From a virus (lineage: Duplodnaviria > Caudoviricetes): a stretch of DNA of 64,000 nt. A program made the translations under genes and the position numbers. Positions 38,972-47,681 of this stretch are shown piece by piece (the stretch's first letter is position 1; each line of letters begins with the position of its first letter). The stretch covers positions 1 through 64,000 of IMG/VR virus record IMGVR_UViG_3300021400_001623; one strand, given 5' to 3'. A model generated the notes under the pieces. The model did no database searches, had not been told where the DNA came from, and saw only the letters and a list, made by a program, of their open reading frames with translations.

Positions 38972-39009
38972 TATGGTATTTGAGTTATGGTTATTAAAGT
39001 AACAGTGTG

Positions 39010-42000
39010 TTATTTCAAACTGTAGAACAGATTAATGCAAAAACCGGAGATTCAAGGCAAGTATCTCAAAACTTTATTTCTGCTAGAAAAACAAAGGCAG
39101 CAACAAATGCATATTATTCAGACAAGAATAATCAATATGCTTTGCAAGATATGTCTCGTGCTAGACGAGATATGGAGCATGCGGAACGTCTAAGGGCTAG
39201 AGGTAATGCGGCTGGTGCAGCTGAAATTGAAGCTAAAGCCATTAAGGATTTAGATACTGCTTATCAAAAATTAGATGATACTGGTAAAAAATATGGTAAT
39301 CAGATAAAGGATCGTAATACAGATTTATCAAAGCATCAAAAAATTATAGCAGACTGCAGTGAAGCAACTGATAGAATGGCGCAATCTCAGGGCAAATTAA
39401 GGAGTGGATTTGCAGCATCTACTATCTCAATGGCTAAAAATATTGGCGCAACAATGGCTATTGGGACTGCTATTGACCTAACTATGAAGGGTTTTGATAC
39501 GCTTGATAAACATTTCCTTCTTACTGCCAATGCACAGAAAACTGCAATGAAAGATGTTGTAAGTGAGTATAAGGCCAGTACTGATACTTACACAGAAAAT
39601 ATAAACACAATTAATTCATTATCTGATGAATTTACAACTCTTTCTAAAGGCGTTGATGCGCATGGTAAAAATATTAGCCTTACAGCCGAACAATATGCTC
39701 GGTACAATGAGATTGTCAGCCAACTCGTTGCTACTTCGCCACAATTAGTTAAGGAGTATACTGCGGAGGGCAATGCTGTCGTAGATCGCAACAAGGCTAT
39801 TCAAGAGGCTATTGATCTGCAAGAGTCTTATCGTCGCAGCGCTGTTGCAAAATATACTTCTGATGATAGCATGCGAGCAATTCGTCTTGGATCTGCTGCA
39901 GAACGTCGTGAGATTCAGGCTGACATGCAATCCGCGGCAACTGAGCTCGATAAGCTTATGGGCGAAGGGACTGGTCAACGACGCACCACTTCTGCTTTTG
40001 GCTTAACTAAAGCTGGCGCTTCTACAGAAATTAAAGCAGTTAAGGAAATTAACGATGTTTTAGGTGAAAATGTTGATTTAGAAAATGCTTCTGCGGCTAC
40101 GTTATTGCGTATCGCTGAGCGTCGCGATGAGATAATCGGGAAAGTGGAAAAATCAACACAATATACCGATAAAGAAAAGCAATCTATTAAAGATTCCTTG
40201 TCGACCATTTCAACTTTAGCTCCGGATTTAGAGGCAACATATCAAAGCACTATAGACGCATTACAGACATATGTGTCTAGTGCAGATGAAACAGGCGTTT
40301 CTATCGCATCCTCTTTGCCAGAAAGTATGCAGGAAAGTTATGCTGCTGGTTTAAAGAAAATAGCGATGTCTGGTCTTGGAGATGCAGAAATGAAAACTGC
40401 TGCCAAGGATTTGGTGACGGATTTACAAAAAATCTATTCATCAAATGAAGGCGGCTTTAGAGATGCTGAACAAAACGTTGAGAATGCAAAAGAAAAATTC
40501 CTTGGTAGCGCAAGAGATAAAAATGCGGTTAAGGAATATAATGATAGTATTAAAGAATCTATAGGTACAATTGATCAGTTAGCGGAAAGCTATCGAGCTG
40601 CTGGCAATGATTTTCTTGCTGATGCATTAGATGCGCGTTCATTAGAACTTGCTGATTTTGGGCAAGAAAACATCCTCACCCTTGCAGACGCCTTCAACCC
40701 CCTCATCGACAAAATAACAGAAGCGCGTACCGTCAAAGAAAAATTTGACGCAGCGATGGCTGGCGGTGACTATGATACCACCGTTAATAGCTATAAAGAA
40801 ATGTACGACTCCATGATGGATGGTTACAACAATGCTGGTAACGGTACACAAGGTTTCTGGAATTTTGCTGAGCTGACTCTTGGACAAACAGCGCTTAAAG
40901 ATTTTGGCTATGACATAGATGCTGTTAATGCGCGACTCAAAGAGCTTGCTCCTGTCATGGAGAAAACTGAATCTGGAACAAATGCCTTCTTCGATCTTCT
41001 TGCGGCTAATCGCGATAAACTTAATGAGATCGAAGGCGTAACGATTGCGGAAGATGGATCGTGGGATATTCCAGCTGAAAAGTATGGTGAAGTTGCACGA
41101 CAGCTTGGTATTGCCGAAGACCTTTTAGTTGGTTGTGTTGATAACGCTCGCCACTGGGCGGACGTTAAGCTTTGGGATAGTCCTCAGAAAGCTGTTAAAG
41201 CCATCAAAGATATGGATACCACCTTCGAAAGTGCCGAAGGCAAAGCTTATGCATTTTACGATACCGTGGCGCAGCAGGCGCAACAAGCTGGTTTAAGTGG
41301 ACAAGAGTTTACCGAATATATGGACGAAATCGGTAAAAAGGTTGAACTTATTGATCTTAGCGCTCTTGATTTTGATCCAAATACCACAGAGGGCACTAAA
41401 AAGATCAACGCATTAGCTAATCAACTCACAAATATGAGTGATTTGGTCGGCACCAATGGCAAGCTCGATTTAACAGGCACCATAGCTATGTTTAAGCAGA
41501 TGGGTGCAACTGCCGATCAAACAACGCACGCCCTTGAAAAATTCCGTGAGAACGGTAATTTAGATATTGGCGAAGGTGTTGATATCGGTGATACGGTTAC
41601 CCAGGCATATGGAGAGTTAGAGGCTAACGATCCATTCGCTAAAATGACAAGTTCAGTTGATGGCTTACATAATGCTATTAACCAGTTGATTTCGGCCATG
41701 GGGATGGTGCCTGAAGACTGGATGAATTTAGATGGTATTAACCAGCAAATTAAAGGTCTAGAAGCTGCTGGCGACAAAATCAAACAATCAGATATTGATG
41801 CTGCCCAAGCAGAAATTGATGAGAAAAGAGCTAACTTGGAAGCTGCAAGGTCATCAACGACAGACACTGATGAACTTACTAAGATTAATAATACAATTGC
41901 AGCCCTAAATCAACAGCAAATTGCTTTAGATCAATTACGTGCACCATTAGAAGGATACACGAATTTACTGCAACATGCTGCGGAGACCGGAGATCAAATA

Positions 42001-45000
42001 GGTTCTGACGGTCAGTTAGATCAAACACTTCGAGATATTGGTGAAGCAGCACAAAAGAGCGGCCAAGATGTTGATCAATATATTGGTTCGATTGCGAAAA
42101 ATCGGCAAGAAGCTGACAAACTTCGTCAGGCATATCATCAACTTGAATCTCAAACAGCTGTAACTGATGCCACTTCTTCTGTTGCTAATGGAGCCAAACA
42201 AGCAGTTGATTCTGCGAAAACTGCTGTACAAGGTTTAATGTCTGGCTTTGGACGTACTGAAGCCGACGTAGATGTCAATGTTGATGACTCTGAAGTTGAT
42301 GACGCCGAGGAAAAAGTTGATGATCTTGATGGCAAAGATGTCGATGTTAATGTTGAGGCTAGTGCAAGAGGACTTGATAGCACCTTGAAGCAGATTGATG
42401 GGCTTAGTGATGAAGATCGTAAGACTGTTGTGGATGCTTATGTTAAGGTACATCAAGAAGGTGAAGACCCTCAAGTTTTACAAGATGCTATTAATGCGTT
42501 GCCGGACAATAAACAGACTATTGTCGGTGTTACGGTTAATGATGCTTCCGCTAGTTTAGAGGCAGTGCAAAGTGGATTGGATAATGTTGAAGCAACTACT
42601 CCGTCTCCGACAATTGCTGCAACAGATAATGCGACAAGCGTTATTAATAGCGTACTAGGTGCTTTGGCTGCTGCTAACGGACGAACAGCAACTACCACAA
42701 TTACTACTCGTCATGTCACTAGTTATGAAACTACAGGGACTCCTCCTAGTAAATACGCTGGAACTCCGAATCGTCGCGTCCCCTCTTTATACTCTGGTTC
42801 TGATAATCGTCGCCGTGCTGGTTCAGCAGCTAAGGGCGGTAAACTTGGCCCTCACGGTAAAGGTGGCCTTACCCTCACTGGAGAACTCGGCCCAGAATTA
42901 GTCTGGCTGCCGGATGAAGATACTTCATTCCTTACTGGTGTTCGTGGACCAGAAATGCGGGTACTTCCTGGCAATGCGGTTGTCTGGCCTTATGAAGAGA
43001 CCAAACGCATCTTTGGCGGAACGGTATCTGCCGGGTATTTAAATACGCGGAATGCTTGGTCTAAGAAGCAGCTTAATAATTATTTAGGCGGTTCTTCTGC
43101 TCGTGGCGCAAATTATCAATTTGGATCGGCTAAAAAGGGCAGCAAGAAGAAAAAATCTTGGAGCGACTATTCGGATAGAATAGATTTTAACTATGATATC
43201 GAGAAAATTAGCGAAGAAACGTATTATAAGCAGTTAGTTAAAAAATATAAAAAAGTAAAAAAGAAATTAACTGGATCAGAGAGACGTAACGCCAGAAAAG
43301 CTATTCACGATGCTTATGCTCAGATGCTTGATGCAAAAGTTGAGAATTTGGACTTTGCACAAGATATGGATAACATCGATGCCGCACAATATTATACAAA
43401 ATTGGCGGCATTAGCTTCTAAATATAAAAGAAAAAGTAAAAGAGACGGTAAATATACCAAAGAATATCGTGATTATCAGCTTAAACTTAAAGAAGCTGCC
43501 GATGCAATCTATGAGCGTGAAAAGTCTCAAATTGACTTTATGCTCAATCTCGGGGTTAATAAATCTGGTACGAAAACCTATAACGCCGTCGATGCATATA
43601 AAGATCTGCAAAATTATTTAAGAAAAGCAATTTCCGGTAAAGTAACTTCCAATACAAGTACAAAAACTTTAACTAGCGCAAGCTATGCAAAGAAATTCTT
43701 ATATACCGGGACATCTAACCGTCGTCAGCCAATTCGCTCGATGGCACGCGGTAGTGGTAGAATTGGTCCTGCTGGTCGTGGCGGATTAACATTAACTGGT
43801 GAATTAGGTCCTGAATTAGTATGGCTTCCGGATGATAATTTGTCGTTCGTAGTTGGGCTTTATGGGCCAGAAATGGTGGATTTACCAAGTAATGCAGTTG
43901 TGTGGCCTAACGATGAAACACAAGCTATTTTTGGTGACACTGTTAATTCTAGTTATCTTGAGCCAACAGATGCACTTACTTATGAAGAGTTGGAATACTT
44001 AGAATCATTATTATCTGGATCAGTTGCCAATGGCGCTAATCTTTTTGGTTCTTTGTCTACTGGTAAACGTAAAAAGACAACAACTAAAACAACTAAAACA
44101 ACTAAACGACCAGCGAAGTCAACTAAAAAGCCAAAGAAAAAGAAGAAGAAAACTAAGAAGAAAAAAACTAAGAAGAAAAATAAAGCTAAAACTGGAATCA
44201 TTAGCTCGATTAAAACATCGTCAAAACTTATATCTGGTGTTAATAAGGGAAAATCATCTAGTTCAAAGAGTAATACAGACAATACTTGGAATGCTATGTC
44301 CGAGGAAGAGCGTCAGCAATTACTCGAAGATCTTAAAGAGGCGCGACAAGACGCATATGATTATCAAAATGATACTTTTGAGCGTATTCTTAACAATTCA
44401 TTCTCAGATGATTGGAACGCATTGAATAAATATTTAGTCGATGCACAGAAGAATTTAAAGACACTAAACGAGCTACAGGATTCAGATAAAATCATTGAAG
44501 CACGTCAACAAATTGTTGATACTTTCTTTGATAATTTAAATGAAAAGTTTGATGATGTTAAAGAAAAGATTTCTGACAATGATCTGTTTAATTCTTGGGG
44601 CGATGGCGAATCTGCGCTTACTTTATTAATGCAATATAAGGCGCAATTAGAAACTATTTACGCCGCAAATAAAGATGCACTAGGAAAAGATACTGATGCA
44701 GCAAAACAATATTTGAAACTCATCAAGGAAGTGAATCGTGAATTAGTTAACGCTAAAGCGGAGGCTAAAGATAAGTACGATGATATTTTCCAATTAGTTG
44801 AACAGTTAGTTCGTCAGGAAAAGAAAGATCTTATTGATGCCTTAGAAAAGCAGAAGGATAAGTATGATGACATCATTGCTAAGAAAAAAGAGAGTTTACA
44901 GTTAACTGAAAATGAGCTTGATTATCAAGATCAGTTATCTGATTATGCAAAGCAAGAGGCTAAACTTCGTACGCAAATAGCATCTCTTTCGCGCGATACG

Positions 45001-46746
45001 AGCCGCGAGGCCAAGGCGAAGCGCGCCGAGCTTCAAGAACAGCTTGATCAGTTATTGGTCGAGAAGAACCGTACTGTGCGGCAGGAAACTATCTCTCGTA
45101 CGAATGATGCGCTTGACAAACAGCAAGAATCTTATGGTGATTTTATTGATAAATTAACGGAATCAATAAATGCTGTTTTAGATAATCAGGAAGCTGTAAA
45201 TGCACTTGTATATGATGCATTGGATAATCGCGATACGAATAATTTATTACAAAGATTATATGATTATAACGCTGAATATGGTGACGGTTTAATCCAAACG
45301 GTTGAAGAGTGGCAGATGGATCTGAATGATATCGTTGAGAACGAAATTTATAAGGAACTGAAATATCAAACAGAAGCATTGCGTGCAAGCCTAATTAATG
45401 AAGTTGGCTATGGCGATGATGAACACAAGGGCAAGTTTACCGACGACGTTACTTCCTGGAATAATGAGACTATTAGTAGGTTCTTATATTCGTTCGATCA
45501 GCTGTCTGATAAGTATTTCGATGAAGCGAAGTTGTTAGACACTATTATTGAGAAGTACGAAGAATTAATTAAAAAGTTTGACGCGCTATGGTTTGGTGAT
45601 TCTTCTGGCCAAGTTGATGCGACATCTAAGATTCGTATGGCAAATGCTTATAAAGCTCAGGTTGAAAGTGCTGAAGCAACTGTGCAAACTGCAGCTGGAC
45701 AGGCTGATGATGCATTAATTGCTGCTAATACTGCTAAAGCGCAGGCTGAGGCAGCAAAGTCGGAAGCCGACGCAAAGAAGGCGGAGGCAGATGTCGCAAA
45801 TGCAAATTTAGATGCAGCAAAACAAAAAGTAGCAAATGCACAAAAACAACTTCAAAGCGATAAAGCGGCATATAGTAATGCGGAAAAGAACGTTGTTAAT
45901 GCTAATAAAGCTTTAGATAGTGCACTTAATGCAAGGGATAAGGCCGCAAGTAAAGTGGCAAAGATGCAGAACGCTTTGGAGACGGCTAAGGCAAAAAGTT
46001 ATAAGAGTAAAGAAGCGCGAAGTAAAGCTATTGCTAAGGCAAAAGACAATCTTGCCGCTGCAAAATCAGCTTATACAACAGCTAATAAAAATGTAACAAC
46101 TGCAAATGATAATGTAAAAAAGCAGCATCAAAATCTCGTAGAAATTGATAAGAAAATCGGTAACGACATTAAATCAATTGAAAGTGCACAGGCTGCAGCC
46201 GCAATTGCTGAAAAAGAAGCTGCAGCTGCTACGCAAGTATGGGAATCTTTCTTAGCGGCGCAACGTGAGGCCGAAGTGAACGCAAAGTTAGCCATGTACC
46301 AATATGATGCTATGGCTCAAAATCTTGCTAATGCGACACAGGAGCTTGAGATAGCTAGGGAGCGCTTTGAATCAGCTAATACTGCGTTATTGAACGCAAT
46401 GGATAATGACGTTATTGTTCCATCATACAATATTTTAAGTGATGCGGCGCAATCACTTGATGGTGTATTATCGACTTTTGCAAATACTAATCTAGTTTCT
46501 GATGAAATTATGGCTGGGATTGCATCGTTGGGTGCAAGTGTAAATACTACGAATCAAGCTAATAATTCACCACAAACTTATTCGTTTAATATGCCATTCA
46601 CAGTTACTGTAAATGGTAATATGTCTCAAGCAGATCAGGCTAAATTACAGTCTGACTTATCCAATGCCGTTTATAATGGTTTGTATAATGCATTACAGAT
46701 GAATGGATTAGCAACTTCTACATCTGCGAATGCCTTAAAGAATTAA
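39010..46746 (+). CDS. Tape measure protein, exon 4
   Basis: ORF track 39007..46746 lacks an SD and is open only from 38998; four exons total 11283 nt = 3760 aa, in frame. Confidence 0.85.
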   Translation, partial: LFQTVEQINAKTGDSRQVSQNFISARKTKAATNAYYSDKNNQYALQDMSRARRDMEHAERLRARGNAAGAAEIEAKAIKDLDTAYQKLDDTGKKYGNQIKDRNTDLSKHQKIIADCSEATDRMAQSQGKLRSGFAASTISMAKNIGATMAIGTAIDLTMKGFDTLDKHFLLTANAQKTAMKDVVSEYKASTDTYTENINTINSLSDEFTTLSKGVDAHGKNISLTAEQYARYNEIVSQLVATSPQLVKEYTAEGNAVVDRNKAIQEAIDLQESYRRSAVAKYTSDDSMRAIRLGSAAERREIQADMQSAATELDKLMGEGTGQRRTTSAFGLTKAGASTEIKAVKEINDVLGENVDLENASAATLLRIAERRDEIIGKVEKSTQYTDKEKQSIKDSLSTISTLAPDLEATYQSTIDALQTYVSSADETGVSIASSLPESMQESYAAGLKKIAMSGLGDAEMKTAAKDLVTDLQKIYSSNEGGFRDAEQNVENAKEKFLGSARDKNAVKEYNDSIKESIGTIDQLAESYRAAGNDFLADALDARSLELADFGQENILTLADAFNPLIDKITEARTVKEKFDAAMAGGDYDTTVNSYKEMYDSMMDGYNNAGNGTQGFWNFAELTLGQTALKDFGYDIDAVNARLKELAPVMEKTESGTNAFFDLLAANRDKLNEIEGVTIAEDGSWDIPAEKYGEVARQLGIAEDLLVGCVDNARHWADVKLWDSPQKAVKAIKDMDTTFESAEGKAYAFYDTVAQQAQQAGLSGQEFTEYMDEIGKKVELIDLSALDFDPNTTEGTKKINALANQLTNMSDLVGTNGKLDLTGTIAMFKQMGATADQTTHALEKFRENGNLDIGEGVDIGDTVTQAYGELEANDPFAKMTSSVDGLHNAINQLISAMGMVPEDWMNLDGINQQIKGLEAAGDKIKQSDIDAAQAEIDEKRANLEAARSSTTDTDELTKINNTIAALNQQQIALDQLRAPLEGYTNLLQHAAETGDQIGSDGQLDQTLRDIGEAAQKSGQDVDQYIGSIAKNRQEADKLRQAYHQLESQTAVTDATSSVANGAKQAVDSAKTAVQGLMSGFGRTEADVDVNVDDSEVDDAEEKVDDLDGKDVDVNVEASARGLDSTLKQIDGLSDEDRKTVVDAYVKVHQEGEDPQVLQDAINALPDNKQTIVGVTVNDASASLEAVQSGLDNVEATTPSPTIAATDNATSVINSVLGALAAANGRTATTTITTRHVTSYETTGTPPSKYAGTPNRRVPSLYSGSDNRRRAGSAAKGGKLGPHGKGGLTLTGELGPELVWLPDEDTSFLTGVRGPEMRVLPGNAVVWPYEETKRIFGGTVSAGYLNTRNAWSKKQLNNYLGGSSARGANYQFGSAKKGSKKKKSWSDYSDRIDFNYDIEKISEETYYKQLVKKYKKVKKKLTGSERRNARKAIHDAYAQMLDAKVENLDFAQDMDNIDAAQYYTKLAALASKYKRKSKRDGKYTKEYRDYQLKLKEAADAIYEREKSQIDFMLNLGVNKSGTKTYNAVDAYKDLQNYLRKAISGKVTSNTSTKTLTSASYAKKFLYTGTSNRRQPIRSMARGSGRIGPAGRGGLTLTGELGPELVWLPDDNLSFVVGLYGPEMVDLPSNAVVWPNDETQAIFGDTVNSSYLEPTDALTYEELEYLESLLSGSVANGANLFGSLSTGKRKKTTTKTTKTTKRPAKSTKKPKKKKKKTKKKKTKKKNKAKTGIISSIKTSSKLISGVNKGKSSSSKSNTDNTWNAMSEEERQQLLEDLKEARQDAYDYQNDTFERILNNSFSDDWNALNKYLVDAQKNLKTLNELQDSDKIIEARQQIVDTFFDNLNEKFDDVKEKISDNDLFNSWGDGESALTLLMQYKAQLETIYAANKDALGKDTDAAKQYLKLIKEVNRELVNAKAEAKDKYDDIFQLVEQLVRQEKKDLIDALEKQKDKYDDIIAKKKESLQLTENELDYQDQLSDYAKQEAKLRTQIASLSRDTSREAKAKRAELQEQLDQLLVEKNRTVRQETISRTNDALDKQQESYGDFIDKLTESINAVLDNQEAVNALVYDALDNRDTNNLLQRLYDYNAEYGDGLIQTVEEWQMDLNDIVENEIYKELKYQTEALRASLINEVGYGDDEHKGKFTDDVTSWNNETISRFLYSFDQLSDKYFDEAKLLDTIIEKYEELIKKFDALWFGDSSGQVDATSKIRMANAYKAQVESAEATVQTAAGQADDALIAANTAKAQAEAAKSEADAKKAEADVANANLDAAKQKVANAQKQLQSDKAAYSNAEKNVVNANKALDSALNARDKAASKVAKMQNALETAKAKSYKSKEARSKAIAKAKDNLAAAKSAYTTANKNVTTANDNVKKQHQNLVEIDKKIGNDIKSIESAQAAAAIAEKEAAAATQVWESFLAAQREAEVNAKLAMYQYDAMAQNLANATQELEIARERFESANTALLNAMDNDVIVPSYNILSDAAQSLDGVLSTFANTNLVSDEIMAGIASLGASVNTTNQANNSPQTYSFNMPFTVTVNGNMSQADQAKLQSDLSNAVYNGLYNALQMNGLATSTSANALKN

Positions 46747-46759
46747 TATATCTATTAAC

Positions 46760-46794
46760 GGGCGGCCAGTTATTATGGCCGCCCACTTTTATTT
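46760..46794 (+). terminator. Intrinsic terminator after tape measure gene
   Basis: GGGCGGCCA/TGGCCGCCC then ACTTTTATTTT. Confidence 0.8.
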
Positions 46795-46809
46795 TGGAGA
46801 GGAAAATCA

Positions 46810-47679
46810 ATGTTCAAAGAAATAGCTTTTAATTTTGACGGGACCTCCTGCGATGAATACGGACTGATGATTTATTTTCTTGACGATACATCTGTCCGCG
46901 AGCAGGATTTTGGAACGTCAATAGAGATTATAGAGGATAGACTCTCTAAGAGAATTGATCCGATTACCTATGGTGTCGATATGAACCAGTCAATGAGTTT
47001 TCCTCTTACGTTCGGCAGCCGGACGACTTTAACAGAGGACCAAGTTGACGAAGTACTTTCGTGGTTGACCGGACACCAAGACTATAAGTGGTTAGAATTA
47101 TATGATTATGAATCATATTGTGATCCTGTAACTAAACAACCGCTTGATGATCCGCAGCCACAATACAAACAAACGCGGATACGTTATCGCTGTCACATTA
47201 CAGATGTGACGGTGCAATATATTAGTGGTTTGCCATTTGCATTTGATGCGACAGTCGAATGCGACGGGCAATGGGGTTACGTATACCCTCCTGCTGTTTT
47301 TGAATTTGAAGCATCTTCAGAAGAAGGTGTTGAGGTTATTAATAATCAAAGTTCATATAACGGATATTTGATGCCTAAAATGCATTTAGAGTTTACTGGG
47401 CCAGTTACTCAACTCAGCATTATAAATGCTACTGATAATAATCGCGAATTCAAAATCGATGCAACTGATTTAGAAAATGGACTTGAAAACATGGTGGTGG
47501 ATATTGATCATCAGAACGGGATCATTACTGTTGCTGATAGTACGGTCAATCTATATCCGTATTTTAATAAGAGATTCCTCCGCCTTGTTAAAGGTGATAA
47601 TAGATTACAATTTTCAACTGATGACGGCACATGCGCGATCACGATGACGTGCGAGTGGCGACGGAAAGTGAGTGATTAA
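46810..47679 (+). CDS. Distal tail protein (Dit)
   Basis: 289 aa directly after TMP; FNFDGTSCDEYGL N-term and YFNKRFLRLVKGDN C-term typical of siphophage Dit. Confidence 0.82.
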   Translation: MFKEIAFNFDGTSCDEYGLMIYFLDDTSVREQDFGTSIEIIEDRLSKRIDPITYGVDMNQSMSFPLTFGSRTTLTEDQVDEVLSWLTGHQDYKWLELYDYESYCDPVTKQPLDDPQPQYKQTRIRYRCHITDVTVQYISGLPFAFDATVECDGQWGYVYPPAVFEFEASSEEGVEVINNQSSYNGYLMPKMHLEFTGPVTQLSIINATDNNREFKIDATDLENGLENMVVDIDHQNGIITVADSTVNLYPYFNKRFLRLVKGDNRLQFSTDDGTCAITMTCEWRRKVSD

Positions 47680-47681
47680 AT

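Larger units (their letters stand above)
37862..39009 (+). ncRNA. Group I intron 3 of tape measure gene, carrying a nested antisense gene
   Basis: P1 GGU/GCC(37876-78) with U.G; AATTGCTGGAA(37941), AATCAGCAGC(38136), P7 GACTG(38185)/CAGTC(38224), P3 AACTCTC/GGGAGTT; P10 AAATA(37870-74)/TATTT(39011-15); helix 38272-80/38983-91; core is certain, 3' end is inferred. Confidence 0.75.

Noticed and set aside
37862-39009. IStron or insertion sequence
   Set aside because: The cargo has no TnpA (HUH), TnpB (RuvC) or DDE motifs, and no terminal inverted repeats or target duplication were seen.
35660-39020. Frameshifted pseudogene, programmed frameshift or group II introns explaining the broken tape measure
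   Set aside because: Each gap has group I P3/P4/P7 cores and a terminal G; no GUGYG/domain V signature or reverse transcriptase was seen.
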